A stretch of DNA of 64,000 nt from Anolis carolinensis (GCF_035594765.1 NC_085845.1:197548897-197612896); one strand, 5' to 3'. Numbered from the stretch's first letter, positions 13,571 through 25,258 are shown. A program made the numbers and translations. The notes: generated by a model from the letters alone, not told the origin.

Positions 13571-13774
13571 GAACTTTTAGTTTACAAACCATCAGTCCAA
13601 TTCTACAAGTTTAAACACTGAACCACCTTTATTGATGGTCCTGGTGATTCTGCAGTGATTCCCCACCTGTTCCAACACAAAATATCTGGCTATTTCAGCA
13701 TCAAGGACTATAAATACACTTTCCCATCGATCTGTGCACAACAGAGTGGAAAAACCAGACAAGGAGATAAGCAC

Positions 13775-13908
13775 CTGAAGGCAAGATTCTTGGCAGCTGG
13801 GAGCAGTGGATAGAAATGCCGGCAGGAAGGAGGTTTAGCAGCAACAGCAGACAGAGTCACAGTGAGAGAAACGACAGCAACTGTCCGGACCAGGAATCCC
13901 CTTGCCAT
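13775..13908 (-). CDS. NUDT9: NUDT9 first coding exon (N-terminal targeting peptide)
   Basis: MARGFLVRTVAVVSLTVTLSAV...AF resembles the human N-terminus MAGRLLGKALAAVSLSLAL. Its phase-2 donor matches exon 2. Upstream acceptor at ~14037. Confidence 0.85.
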
Positions 13909-14232
13909 ACCATGGAGCGTCTTCACGGAAAAAAGTGTCTCTCCAGAGAGAACGGTCCAGTATTTGTGGCACAGTCTGGACACCGAGGAGACCAACTATG
14001 ACTCATCTGAATGTTGTTTCCTTATATTCCTTGTTCTCTAGAAAACAAAGCGATAGCCATTTCGTTATGTTACATCACGCTTCCGAGTGGAATCTGCACA
14101 TTTGGTTAGAGATCTTAAATAAGATATTTATCTCCAATGTTTGGTCTGTTGCAGTGAACATACACAATTTAATAATGTGGTCCACAGCCACTTAAGAGCA
14201 ATTATACAGCTTCTTTGCAAGGGGATCTTGTA

Positions 14233-14653
14233 CCGTGTTTCCCCGAAAATATGACAGTGTCTTATATTAATTTTTGCTCCCAAAGATGCTCTAGGTCTTA
14301 TTTTCAGGGGATGTCTTATTTTTCCATGAAGAAGAATTCACATTTATTGTTGAACAAGAAATTAACATTTTTAATATATACTGTACAGTAGTTGTCGTCA
14401 TAAACTAGCATAACCAGACAAACTGTGAATCCTATCAAGAATTTCTTGTTACTAGCAATATTTCCATGTACAACACTTTATAGTATGTATATTTACCGAT
14501 CCTGCATGCTCTGGTGTTCTGTTCGGCAGGCATGCTTCCCAACAAAAACTTTGCTAAGTCTTACTTTCAGGGGAGGCCTTATATTTAGCAATTCAGCAAA
14601 ACCTCTACTAGGTCTTATTTTCTGGAGATGTTTTATTTTAGGGGAAATAGGGT
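14233..14653. mobile_element. Tc/pogo-type non-autonomous DNA transposon (partial second copy ~26115-26320)
   Basis: TIRs CCGTGTTTCCCCGAAAATA / TATTTTAGGGGAAATAGGG, flanked by TA. Confidence 0.7.
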
Positions 14654-14980
14654 AGTAGAAAGTTGGTAACGTAAGATTTCATAGACTCAAGTCTACAAAA
14701 GCTTATGTCACCCACTTATTTGTCTTAACTAAGTATCAGAGATGCCATGGGATCCCTTTGCATACTGATGCAACATGGCTATGTTAATGGGCATTACTTC
14801 GTTAACAGAAAATTTGGTGCTAGAGGCAAAAATAACATGGAACGAGTAAGGATCGGTTCCTACACCACAGGCAAGAGGAGCAGTTCAATCTACAGGGTGT
14901 TTGAAACAGAACTCCCTATTCACCATTTAATTATAGAATAATTATAAAAAGTAGTAATAATTACATGCCAGTTGTAAGTA

Positions 14981-15303
14981 CAGTAGAGTCTCACTTATCC
15001 AAACCTCGCTTATCCAAGCCTCTGGATTATCCAAGCCATTTTTGTAGTCAATGTTTTCAATACATCATAATATTTTGGTGCTAAATTCATAAATACAGTA
15101 ATTACTACATAGCATTACTGTGTATTGAACTACTTTTTCTGTCAAATTTGTTGTATAACATGATGTTCTGGTGCTTAATTTGTAAAATCATAACCTAATA
15201 TGATGTTTAATAGGCTTTTCCTTAATGCCTCCTTATTATCCAACATATTCACTTATCCAACATTCTGACGGCCTGTTTATGTTGGATAAGTGAGACTCTA
15301 CTG
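14981..15303. mobile_element. Tc1/mariner MITE (other copies at ~1993-2461, 17471-17793, 33126-33448, 41911-42233, 42359-42909)
   Basis: TIR CAGTAGAGTCTCACTTATCCAA, TA target duplication, near-identical ~323-bp copies. Confidence 0.85.
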
Positions 15304-15619
15304 TAATTAAAAGTAGATATATGTATATTATAATTATATATAACTATATATATATATATATAATTACATGATTATATTAATTATACTGATACTGTGTAAT
15401 TATTAATATCGTATTAATGCAAATTATTAATACACAAGACAAAATCCACACTTTACCCATGTTATAATATTGTATACTATCTATATAATGGCATGATTAC
15501 AATAAAACTAATTATTAGTCTAACATTAGTACAGTACTACTATTAGTCTGCAAATTATTTAATGCAGAAAAATACTATATTTTCCCAATTTCATAATATT
15601 TTACATCTATAGAAAAGCC

Positions 15620-15960
15620 CACTCTCACCTCCATACAATTTCCTTCCTTGTTTTCTGCACCCCAGAAGGACCTGCCCCTTTAAGAAATTTCTTCCCCGTG
15701 ATTGGTTATTACAGGAAAAGAATGCCCGCCTCACCCTCAGCCATTGGCTGTTTCCTCCCCGTTTGCCTGACACTGCATAAAAAAGACATTGATGCAGACG
15801 AATAGTCTTCGAGCTCTCCATTCTTAGGTCCCGTATCTTGAGAAACATTACGTCAGAGATCCCAACGTCAATCTCAGCCTGACCACACCCATAGGCGGGC
15901 TTTAAACTGTCCAAGAGCCAATCCCGTCCAAGTTCTCGCTCAGTCAATGAACCATAGACA
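15620..15960 (-). promoter_or_regulatory. NUDT9: Probable NUDT9 promoter and non-coding first exon
   Basis: GC-enriched island in AT-rich DNA with three CCAAT boxes, GC-box and CRE-half sites. Candidate donors at ~15735 (GG|GTGAGG) and ~15629 (AG|GTGAGA). Confidence 0.55.
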
Positions 15961-16164
15961 TAGAAACGTATAGAGTTACACAGCATTGCAATATTTAGGC
16001 TGCTCTAAACTATTTTTTTCTGATCCAATGTCATTAATGAGCTATTACTGAGTTTTTAAATTATCAGTTGTTGTAACCTTACCTGTATATACTCCCTTTG
16101 TTCTGAAAAAAACTGAATACATTGAAACAGATCATGGCTTATGCAAATTCAGACTTTGTGTAAC

Positions 16165-17275
16165 TCTGTAGCTAATCCTTTCTATTTATACTGCCCTCTT
16201 GTGGTTGTTTCTCAGCACTAGGTTCGTAGGTTCCTATAGGCCAGGAGCCAATCCTTTCTATCAATACACTGCCCTCTTGTGGTTCTATCTGAGCACTAAA
16301 TTAATACATTTGTTTAGGCCAGGAGCTAATCCTTTCTATCTATATACTGCTGTCTTGTGGCTGTATGTGAGCACTGCATTCATATGTTGCTACAGGCCAG
16401 GAACTAATCCTTTCTCTCTATATACACTGCCTGCTTGTGGTTGTATCTGAGTACTGCATCCATACATTCCTATAGGTCAGGAACTAATCCTTTCTATCAA
16501 TACATTGCACTCTAGTGGTTGTATCTGAGCATTACATTAATACATTTCTTTAGGTCAGGAACTAATCCTTTCTATCAATACATTGCACTCTAGTGGTTGC
16601 ATCTGAGCATTACATACACACATTCCTATAGGCCAGGAGCTAATCCTTTCTATCAATACACTGCCCTCTTGTGGTTCTATCTGAGCACTACATTAATACA
16701 TTTCTTTAGGACAGGAGCTAATCCTTTCTCTCTATATACACTGCCTGCTTGTGGTTGTATCTGAGTACTGCATCCATACATTCCTATAGGTCAGGAACTA
16801 ATCCTTTCTATCAATACATTGCACTCTAGTGGTTGCATCTGAGCATTACATACACACATTCCTATAGGCCAGGAGCTAATCCTTTCTATCAATACACTGC
16901 CCTCTTGTGGTTCTATCTGAGCACTACATTAATACATTTCTTTAGGACAGGAGCTAATCCTTTCTCTCTATATACACTGCCTGCTTGTGGTTGTATCTGA
17001 GTACTGCATTCATACATTCCTATAGGTCAGGAACTAATCCTTTCTATCAATACACTGCACTCTAGTGGTTGTATCTGAGCACTGCATACACACATTCCTA
17101 TAGGCCAGGAGCTAATCCTTTCTATCTATACCCTGCCCTCTCATGGTTGTATGTGAACGATGCATTCATTCATTCCTTTAGGCCAGGAGCTAATCCTTTC
17201 TATATCTATACACTTCTTTGTTAGGTTATATCTGAGTACTGCACTCATAAATTCCTATAGGCAGCTAATCCTGTC
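16165..17275 (-). repeat. Tandem array of ~14 units of 78-80 bp, most carrying a co-oriented CTCF-like motif
   Basis: The AATCC anchor recurs at 16173, ~16249, 16327, 16405, 16485, 16563, 16641, 16719, 16799, 16877, 16955, 17035, 17113, 17191 and 17266. Minus-strand cores are CCACAAGAGGGCAG, CCACTAGAGTGCA and CCACAAGCAGGCAG. Confidence 0.9.
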
Positions 17276-18449
17276 CTTAATTTGTTTATGTTGGATAAGT
17301 GAGACTCTACTGTAGATTTAAAAAAATATGTGAAATCAGTGTGAAAAATCAACTATGTATGTATCACTCTTTTTATGAAACATGGAAATGAATCGCCAGT
17401 ATATACCTACCTAGCACAAAATAGCTATGACGGAAACTGTGAATCAAATAGTTGGCCTCAGACGGTTTTACAGTAGAGTCTCATTTATCCAACGTAAACG
17501 GGCCGGCAGAACGTTGGATAAGTGAATATGTTGGATAATAAGGAGGGATTAAGAAAAAGCCTATTAAAAATCAAATTAGATTATGATTTTACAAATTAAG
17601 CACCAAAACATCATGTTATACAACAAATTTGACAGAAAAAGTAGTTCAATACGCAGTAATGCTATGTAGTAATTACTGTATTTACGAATTTAGCACCAAA
17701 ATATCATGATGTATTGAAAACATTGACTACAAAAATGCGTTGGATAATCCAGAACGTTGGATAAGCGAGTGTTGGATAAGTGAGACTCTGCTGTACTTCA
17801 AAATCCATTTTATTTTATAATTTTTTGTGCAATTCCGGTAATGCATTTGTGGAACACCATTTGGCAGCCACTGGTGTAGAAGCATTTAATGTCCTTTCCT
17901 CCTCAGCCAGAAATCCCTCAAAAGAGTCAATGGACTACAGTTACACTTCCAAAAAAATATAACTTAATTTTTAACAGCACAATGCCAAGCAAAGGTTGCT
18001 TTGAGTGAGAGAACTGGGGTTGTGGGAAGAGGAAAAAGGGAACTCTGTGGCTTTGGTTTTAGGGAAGATCCAAAGAGACGAGTGACTCACATGGAGTGGG
18101 TTTTTGCATATTGTGGCAATTGTGCTGCGACTGCAAATCCTAGGCAAATTTGCTCTGTATTTTTCATGCCACACACATATACTTTGTCATCATCACAACA
18201 CCAAAAGCTCAGCTGCTGGGGGAATTCTCCAAGTGTGGGAAAAGGAAATTGAAATTCAACTTTTTTTTTTTGTTTAAGCACATTTGATTGTGACACTCTT
18301 TGGGTCAACAGTTCAAACCCACAACTTGGACAGTACAGTACTGTGTTCAATCATCATCATCATCATCATTTAATTACTTATTAATTGCCCTCCATTCAAG
18401 ATGCTCTAGGCGATTTACAAGCTAAATTGTAAAGGATAAAAAATACATA

Positions 18450-19980
18450 TGATGGCCTTCCAAGAGTAGGGTCTTGGCGGTGGGTCCATAGGTGATTGTG
18501 GAGTCCTATTCTTGACCTGCATGTTCTTTCACAGTGAGGACATCAGTTTCAAGGTGGAAGATGGTCCCAGTCAGGGTTGGCTTGATACACCTTCCTCTTG
18601 GCACGTTTCTCTCTTTCACCCTCCATCCATGCCTCTTCAAATTCCACAGCACTGCTACTCACAGCTGACCTCCAGTTAGAGCACTCAAGGCTTCCCAGTT
18701 CTTGGTGTCTATGCCACAGTTCTTAAGGCTTGCTTTAAGCCCATCTTTAAATCTCTTTTCCTGTCCACCAACCTTACATTTTCTGTATTGAGTTGGGAGT
18801 ATAGTAACTGCTTTGGGAGATGCTGATCTTTGGGCATTCGGACAACGTGGCCAGTCCAGCGGAGTTGATGGCGTAGGAGCATCGCTTCAATGCTGGTGGT
18901 CTTTGCTTCTTCCAGAATAGAGACTGTAAAGAACTAAGAACAACTAAGGTTCTTTCAGGCAGGGGGGAATTTTTTTATCCCACCGCTGCCACCAATTTGT
19001 AAGGAGCTAATTACGACTGCCACCAATTTGTAAGGATGCAACCACCAAAGACTCAGGGAGGAGACCTTTTACTTTTTTCCCCCTTTCTTCTTCTTATTCA
19101 CTTTAGATGGTAGCGTAACTTGGTTTATAATATATGCGACAGAGGCTTCGATGATGGAAAAACAAGAACAAGTTTATTCAGGCACAGATCTTAGTGGTTA
19201 CAATATTGTTTCTCACTTGGAGGAATTTTTATTAACAGTTACAATACTAGAATGAGATGAGTCAAACTCTCTAAAGTGTCACTTCTTTCTCTGCTACTTT
19301 TAAACCGCAGTCACCCCTGTGATATACGATCACAGATTCTCTGTTCCTTACCAGGACACAGACTACATTAAATAAGTGACCAAACCGACTCAAAATGACC
19401 AATTGAGTCCCCTTGATCCCCTCAACCTAGGATCAATCTTCCCTGTGCCTCATCAGAGCACAGACTGACTCTCTTTTTAAACTCTGCACTTCTTCAACTA
19501 AACAGCAGTTGGATCCGCCCACTTCTCCATGGCAACCAGCCTCTGAGTGCTGAGATGCAGTAACTGTAATACTTACCCTTTTAAAACACAAACACACAAT
19601 TAAACATAACATCTGTAAACCAAAAATTCGTACTTCATTACATTGACATTTGTCCACCTGTCTTCCCAAGAGATTTGCAGGATTTTCCAGAGGCGACGTT
19701 GGTGGAATCATTCCAGAAGTTGAATGTGACATCTGTAGATGGTCCATATTTCACAGGCATAGAACAGAGTTGGGAAGACTATGGCTTTATGAACAAGCAC
19801 CTTGGTCTCCCTATGAATGTCCTGATCCTCAAACACTCTCTGCCTCATTTGGAAAAATGCTGCACTTGCAGAGCTCAGGCCGTGTTGTATTTCAGCGTCA
19901 ATGTTGACTTTTGTGGAGAAATCAACCCAAGCTGTTACACCCAATGCAAATTGCGGATGATGGAGATTGGCATCTGACAT
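18450..19980 (-). mobile_element. RTE/BovB LINE fragment interrupted by an LTR-element remnant
   Basis: RT C-terminal peptide STKVNIDAEIQHGLSSASAAFFQMRQRVF..TKVLVHKAIVFPTLFYACEIWT. The BovB sequence resumes after 19642. Confidence 0.8.
18925..19642 (-). mobile_element. LTR retroelement remnant with tRNA-Leu primer-binding site
   Basis: TGTAA...TTACA termini. 18977-18994 ATCCCACCGCTGCCACCA equals the 3' 18 nt of tRNA-Leu(AAG) including CCA, i.e. a PBS on the minus strand next to an LTR end. Confidence 0.65.
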
Positions 19981-20189
19981 AGCTGGAGGGATACCAGGCT
20001 GAGGAACTCTGATTTAGATTCTATTGGGAAATCAACATTTATGGACAAACTGTTTGCTGAGACACGTCCTCTTAAAAGCCAAAGGAAGAAACAAAGTGCA
20101 CAATGTTTGTGACATTTCCAGTTCAGGGTCAAGGCAGAGTGGAAGGCTGATTGTAAATATTTGGATAGGAGCTGCCAGCTCATCTGGGC

Positions 20190-20499
20190 ACTTTCTCACG
20201 AAAGGGACAACAGAAGCTTACATAAAAAAGTTGTCCCATAACTATCTTGGGACATTTACAGTAAAGGGGACCTTGATCTGGCCTTGAGAAATCCCTCCAG
20301 AAGAACCACCTTCTTCTGATTTGCCTTTTCCACCCACATGGCTTGGAAACCGTCCCCAAAGGGACTCTTGGAGGAAGTTAATCACACGAGATAACCTTCC
20401 TTTTGGAAGGTATTTAAGCAGCTCCCGGGTCCCTAGATAGATATGCCCACATGCTCTGCGTGGTGACTGACAACTAACCCACAGGGATCCTTCCACAAG
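20190..20499 (+). promoter_or_regulatory. Candidate promoter and non-coding exon 1 of the ENDOD1-like nuclease gene
   Basis: TATA-like TATTTAA at 20411 and donor AAG|GTAAAA at 20499. Upstream motifs: ETS (GAGGAAGT), GATA (AGATAA), TTC-N4-GAA at 20193, kB-like GAGAAATCCC. The first coding exon has an acceptor at 23071. Confidence 0.45.
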
Positions 20500-21469
20500 G
20501 TAAAAGCACTTTCCTTCTTTTTAAAAGACAGTCGTGTGATTGGAAAAGAAAGAAGCTCATAGAGGTCAAAGCAGAGTGAATTTGAATTGAGATGTTGGCA
20601 GGAAGGTCAATCAATCGAGTGAAGGTCTATGGCACAGTGTAGCTGCTTTGGGTCTCCGGTAAAAGAGGAAAGACAGTAGTAGTAGTAGTAATTAATTTAT
20701 TACCTCTCATAAATATATGAGGGGAAGTCATAGGAAGGAGGGAGCAAGCTTGTTTTCTGCAACCCTGGAGACTAGGATGTGGAACATCTGCTTCAAATGA
20801 CAGGAAAGGAGATTCCACCTGGACATTAGGAAGAATTCCCTCACTGTGAGAGCTGTTCAGCAGTGGAACTCTCTGCCCCAGAGTGTGATGGAGGCTCCTT
20901 CTTTGGACGCTTGTAAATAGATGCTGGATGGCCATCTGTTGGGGATGCTTTCAGTGCGATTTTCCTCCTTCTTGGCAGGGGGTTGGACTGGATGGTCCAC
21001 GAGGTCTCTTCCAACTCTGGGGTTCTATAATTCATGTTTAGACTTGCATCCTATCCCAAAAGGTGCATCTGTTAGGACAGATCATCTATACCAGGCATGA
21101 TCACACTTCGTCCCTCCAGGTGTTTTGGACTTCAACTCTCACAATTCCTAACCGCCTGCCGGCTGTATCCAGTTCTTTAGTCGATTACGAAGGGACCTTG
21201 CACTTGGTAGAATACAATGACAGAATACACATCATGATGTTTGTTTATCATTGTCATTCTGAAAAGAGAACTGGTTTTGGAAGCACTGTTGCTAGGACAG
21301 ATCATCTATACAGATATTCTGTTCCTGGGCATTTTTATAGAACAAGTTGGGAAACAGGTTCCATTTTTTTTGTCCTTCTGGGCAGTGATACGCTACTAAT
21401 TGCCAATACATTGTTCACATGGCCATGACTGATAGTCTTTGTCAATCTCCCTGAATTTAGCGAGTATAA

Positions 21470-21525
21470 ATGGGAAGCTAAGGAGGGTCAGTCTTAGTTA
21501 GTGCTTGGATGGGAGACCACCAATA
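21470..21525 (+). mobile_element. 5S rRNA-derived SINE fragment
   Basis: GAAGCTAAGGAGGGTC...GTGCTTGGATGGGAGACC matches the 5S internal control region (box A/box C). Too degenerate and partial to be a 5S gene. Confidence 0.6.
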
Positions 21526-23081
21526 ATTAAACATCAAGAGCTGGGCTGTAGTACAGCTGGTAAATCACCAGCAGTAATAAGATCTACAAACCGAAAAGTG
21601 GCCAGTTCGAAGCCTGGTTGGGATGAGCACCCGACCATCAAACCCAGCTTACTGTTTACCTGAGCAGTTCAAAAACAGTTTAGAGCTGTAAGTAGAGAAA
21701 TTAGGTACTGCAAATTGCGGGGGAGGTATTTTACGCCATTAAAAATAAGACCAGAAATGCAGTGACCAAAAGGAAGGAGGAAGTCCTGATGGCTCTTCAT
21801 CATAGAGAATGGAGCAACAGCACTCCCCTGTGACTGAATCCAAGCTCAACTTCCAAGGCAACAAAAACTGGATTTCAAGACAACATACCCCCTTCTTGCT
21901 GTTCTGTCCTGTCCTGTCTGTCCAAACGGCATTAAATGTTTGCAGTGTATGTGTACTATGATCTGCCCTGAGTCCCCTTGGAGAGATAGGGTGAAATATA
22001 AATAAAGTGTTGTTGTTGTTGTTGTTGTTGTTATTATTATTATTATTATTACATGGGAAGGAACTGGCAAAACCCGCTTTGAATACAATGATCCCTAGTA
22101 TCCACTAGGATCCCCTGTGGATACTGAAATCCCAGACACTTAAGTCTCATTATATGTAACAAAATGGCAAAATAAAGTCCCTTATATAAATGAGTGTCAG
22201 AGAGATCCTGAGGATTTATGAAATGCAGGAGACTATAAAAGTGCATCCCTTCACATCAGCTTGATGTACAGTAAAATCAAGGATTGCGTTTGGACTCCTT
22301 TCCCCCCATAATATTATCGCATTATTTTGGGTTGAGTTCATGCAGGATGCGAGGATACGGAGGACTAACTTAATTCCTCACTTAAGGACCCTTCTACACA
22401 GCCCTATAAATCAGAATATCAAGGCAATATCAATATCAAGATCTGCTTTGAACTGGGTTATCTGAGTCCACAGTGCCATATACTCCAGTTCAAAGCAGAT
22501 AATGTGGGATTTTATTCAGCTGTGTGGAAGGTGTCTAAGAAAACTCTGTGTGAAGTTGAACAGGTGGCTTTTTAAAAAGTCATCTAAGTTGCTAGTTAAT
22601 CATTAGTTTTGGAGAATGCATTCACAGCACTTAAACTTTCATTACAATACTTGTCTCTCAACAACCCTTATGTATATAGCAATACACACAGTCATTTAAC
22701 AACAATTAAGTACTGTATATACTCGAGTATAAGCCTAGTTTTTCAGCCCTTTTTTAGGACTGAAAAACCCCCTCCTCGGCTTATACTTGGGTGAGGGTCC
22801 TGGTGGGCTTATCTTCAGGTCGGCTTGTACTCAAGTATATATGGTATATTTATTATTTTTCTCTATTATTATTGGTATGGTTACATTTATCATTTTACTC
22901 TATTAATTATTATTATTACATTTACTGGTCTTTTCTGCGAGTTGGAACCATGTGGGTTTCCTCACTCTCCTAAGCTTCCTAGGTGCCACCATAAATGAAA
23001 AGGAGGAGAAACAATTCACTCCAGAACTCCATCTGCTGTAGGACTTGCCCATTTTCTCAATTTTCTCACAGGCTGCACAGG

Positions 23082-23360
23082 ATGTTGCTGGCGTTGCTTC
23101 TCATCAGCTGGTACGGCGCTCCAGGAAACGGCGAGGTGGTGACCTCTTTTGAGGACACCTGTCCCCACTTCTTCTTCAGAGGGGTCCCTCCAAGTCTTGG
23201 GCTTGAGCCTTCGCGTCCTGCTCGGATTTGCCAGCGTTACAAGAACCAGTATCGTTACGCCACGCTGTACGACAAAGACAACCGCATCCCGGTGTACTCG
23301 GCCTACATCTACAACCCTGGGACGGCGAAGAGACCAAGTACTTGGATGGTTGAACCCCAG
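23082..23360 (+). CDS. ENDOD1-like secreted DNA/RNA non-specific endonuclease, coding exon 1
   Basis: Signal peptide MLLALLLISWYGAPGNG, then EVV..CPHFFF..ICQRYKNQYRYATLYDKDNRIPVYSAY..WMVEPQ; donor CAG|GTAAGA. Confidence 0.9.
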
Positions 23361-23510
23361 GTAAGAAAAGAAGCAAGAGTTCCAGAGTGTTCTGGCTCAA
23401 CACCTCTCTCTATTGTTCATTTATGTGCATATTAATTGTGTCAGAACAAGATGTATCACTATTTGAGGCAAGTGCTGCCATTGACATCTTCTTGCCCCAT
23501 TATATATATA

Positions 23511-23992
23511 CTAGCTGTGCCCGGCCACGCGTTGCTGTGGCGAAGTATGGTGGTATGGGAAATAAAGTATTGAGGTAGTTAAGGTAAAGGGTAAACGTTT
23601 TCCCCTGACATTAAGTCCATTATAAATGGGTTATATAGCTGTGTGGAAGGGCCTTGAATCTACACTGGCATATAACCCAGTTAAAATCAGATAATCTATA
23701 TTTTATAGGCAGTGTGGAAGAGGCCTAAGTGAGGCCTAACTCTGCCTGTCCCCTGGACTGAGTGGGTTGCTAGGAGACCACGTAGGCGGAGCTTAGCCTT
23801 CTAACTGGCAGCAATGGGATAAAAACAATTATTCCTCTCCCTCTAATTAGGACTTTATTTTTCTTTTCTTTTTGTTGTATGAATGTAGAGGCATGGATGA
23901 GGGGTTGTGCTGCCAAGTTTAGTGTTTCTGGAATGTGTGGTTCTATTGTTTTGTCCTAGGCTGAAATTTCATTACCCTTTTATATATATAGA
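23511..23992 (-). mobile_element. Non-autonomous Helitron
   Basis: The minus strand starts TC, ends with the hairpin GCCACAGC-AAC-GCGTGGC followed by CTAG, and is inserted between A and T with no TSD. Confidence 0.85.
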
Positions 23993-23994
23993 TA

Positions 23995-24525
23995 ATATTT
24001 ATTTATTTTCATTCATTTAAGTATACCTACATTGCAAGTGTTTGTTGCATACAGTGCAATACTTTCATCTACTAGTCTTTCATAATCATTTCTCAGACAA
24101 TATATTTTCAATAAGGGGTCACAGTTTTCTATTTGAGTAGTACATATAAAAATATGATAAATTCCAAATTAATATCAGTTTCCTCCCTGCCTTCAGTCTA
24201 TTAGCTTCCTCTATGTACATTTTTAGATTAATTTTACATTGAGATGTTGGATCATTGGTTGCCATTCATTAACAAAGTTCTCTAAAGGTTCTCCTCTTAA
24301 CTGTATCGTTATTTTGTCCATCATCAGCAACTCTATAATATATTGTTCCAGTTCTGCTAAGGGAGGTACCTCTGAGGTTTTCCAATATCTAGCGTATACT
24401 ATCCGAGCTGCCACTGTCACGTAAAAAAAAAATCTTCCATATTTCCTTTCCAATTCTTCTTCGGGCATGTTCAAAGGGTACATTTGTGGTGTCATTTTAA
24501 AATTTGTATTTAATATCTTTTCTAG
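23995..24525 (-). mobile_element. L1-clade LINE 3' fragment
   Basis: ORF2 C-terminal peptide FYVTVAARIVYARYWK...ELLMMDKIT...W, followed by an A-rich tail. Confidence 0.7.
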
Positions 24526-25258
24526 ATGTACATGAATCTGTTTCCGGTAGTTGTTACTTCTTGCCCCATTATAATGTTAATTGCCCCCTTTGTTACATTG
24601 CCTACAATATGTAAATGTGTTGTTGAAGGCATTCATGGCCAGAATCACTGGGTTGCTGTGAGCTTCATTGGGCTGTATGTCCATGTCCCAGTAGAATTAT
24701 TTCCTGATGTTTCGCCTGCATCTGTGGCAAGAATCCTCAGAGGTTTGTTCAGATGTCTGTTGGAAATGAGGCGAGTGGAGTGTATTTATGTCTGTGAAAT
24801 ATCCAGGGTGGGAGAAAGAACCCTTGTCTGTTTGAAGCAAATGTGGATGTTGCAATTATCCTTCACTCCCTCCATGTGGAGACCTAATCTGATATCATGG
24901 GAAACCTCCCCATCTTCTGGGCTGGGCTGTGGCGCAGGCTGGAAAGCAAGCCAGCTGCAACAAATCACTCTGACCAAGAGGTCATGAGTTCGAGGCCAGC
25001 CCGAGCCTGCGTCTTGTCTCTGTCTCTGTTCTATGTTATGGCATTGAATGTTTGCCTTTATGTGTGCAATGTGAGAAGGTGAGAAGGGCAGAATATAAAT
25101 GCTGTAAATAAATAAATAAATAAATAAATAAATTAGCAAGCTTGATTGTTAATTGCAAATAATATCTACCTGCTGTTAGGAATGGTGGGAGTTGAAGTCC
25201 AAAACACATAGAGGGCCAAAGTTTGCCCATGCCTGATCTAATCCCCTTTTCTCTACAG

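Noticed and set aside
16165-17275. CRISPR array, or a tandem snoRNA/miRNA cluster
   Set aside because: Vertebrate DNA. Whole units are homologous with no unique spacers, and I see no consistent C/D box pair or hairpin.
18977-18994. tRNA-Leu gene
   Set aside because: Only the 3' 18 nt including CCA is present, next to an LTR end, so it is a primer-binding site.
21470-21525. Functional 5S rRNA gene
   Set aside because: Partial and degenerate, consistent with a 5S-derived SINE head.
22995-23081. N-terminal extension of the nuclease from the ATG at 22995
   Set aside because: It would displace the signal peptide, and a good acceptor at 23071 suggests this stretch is intronic.
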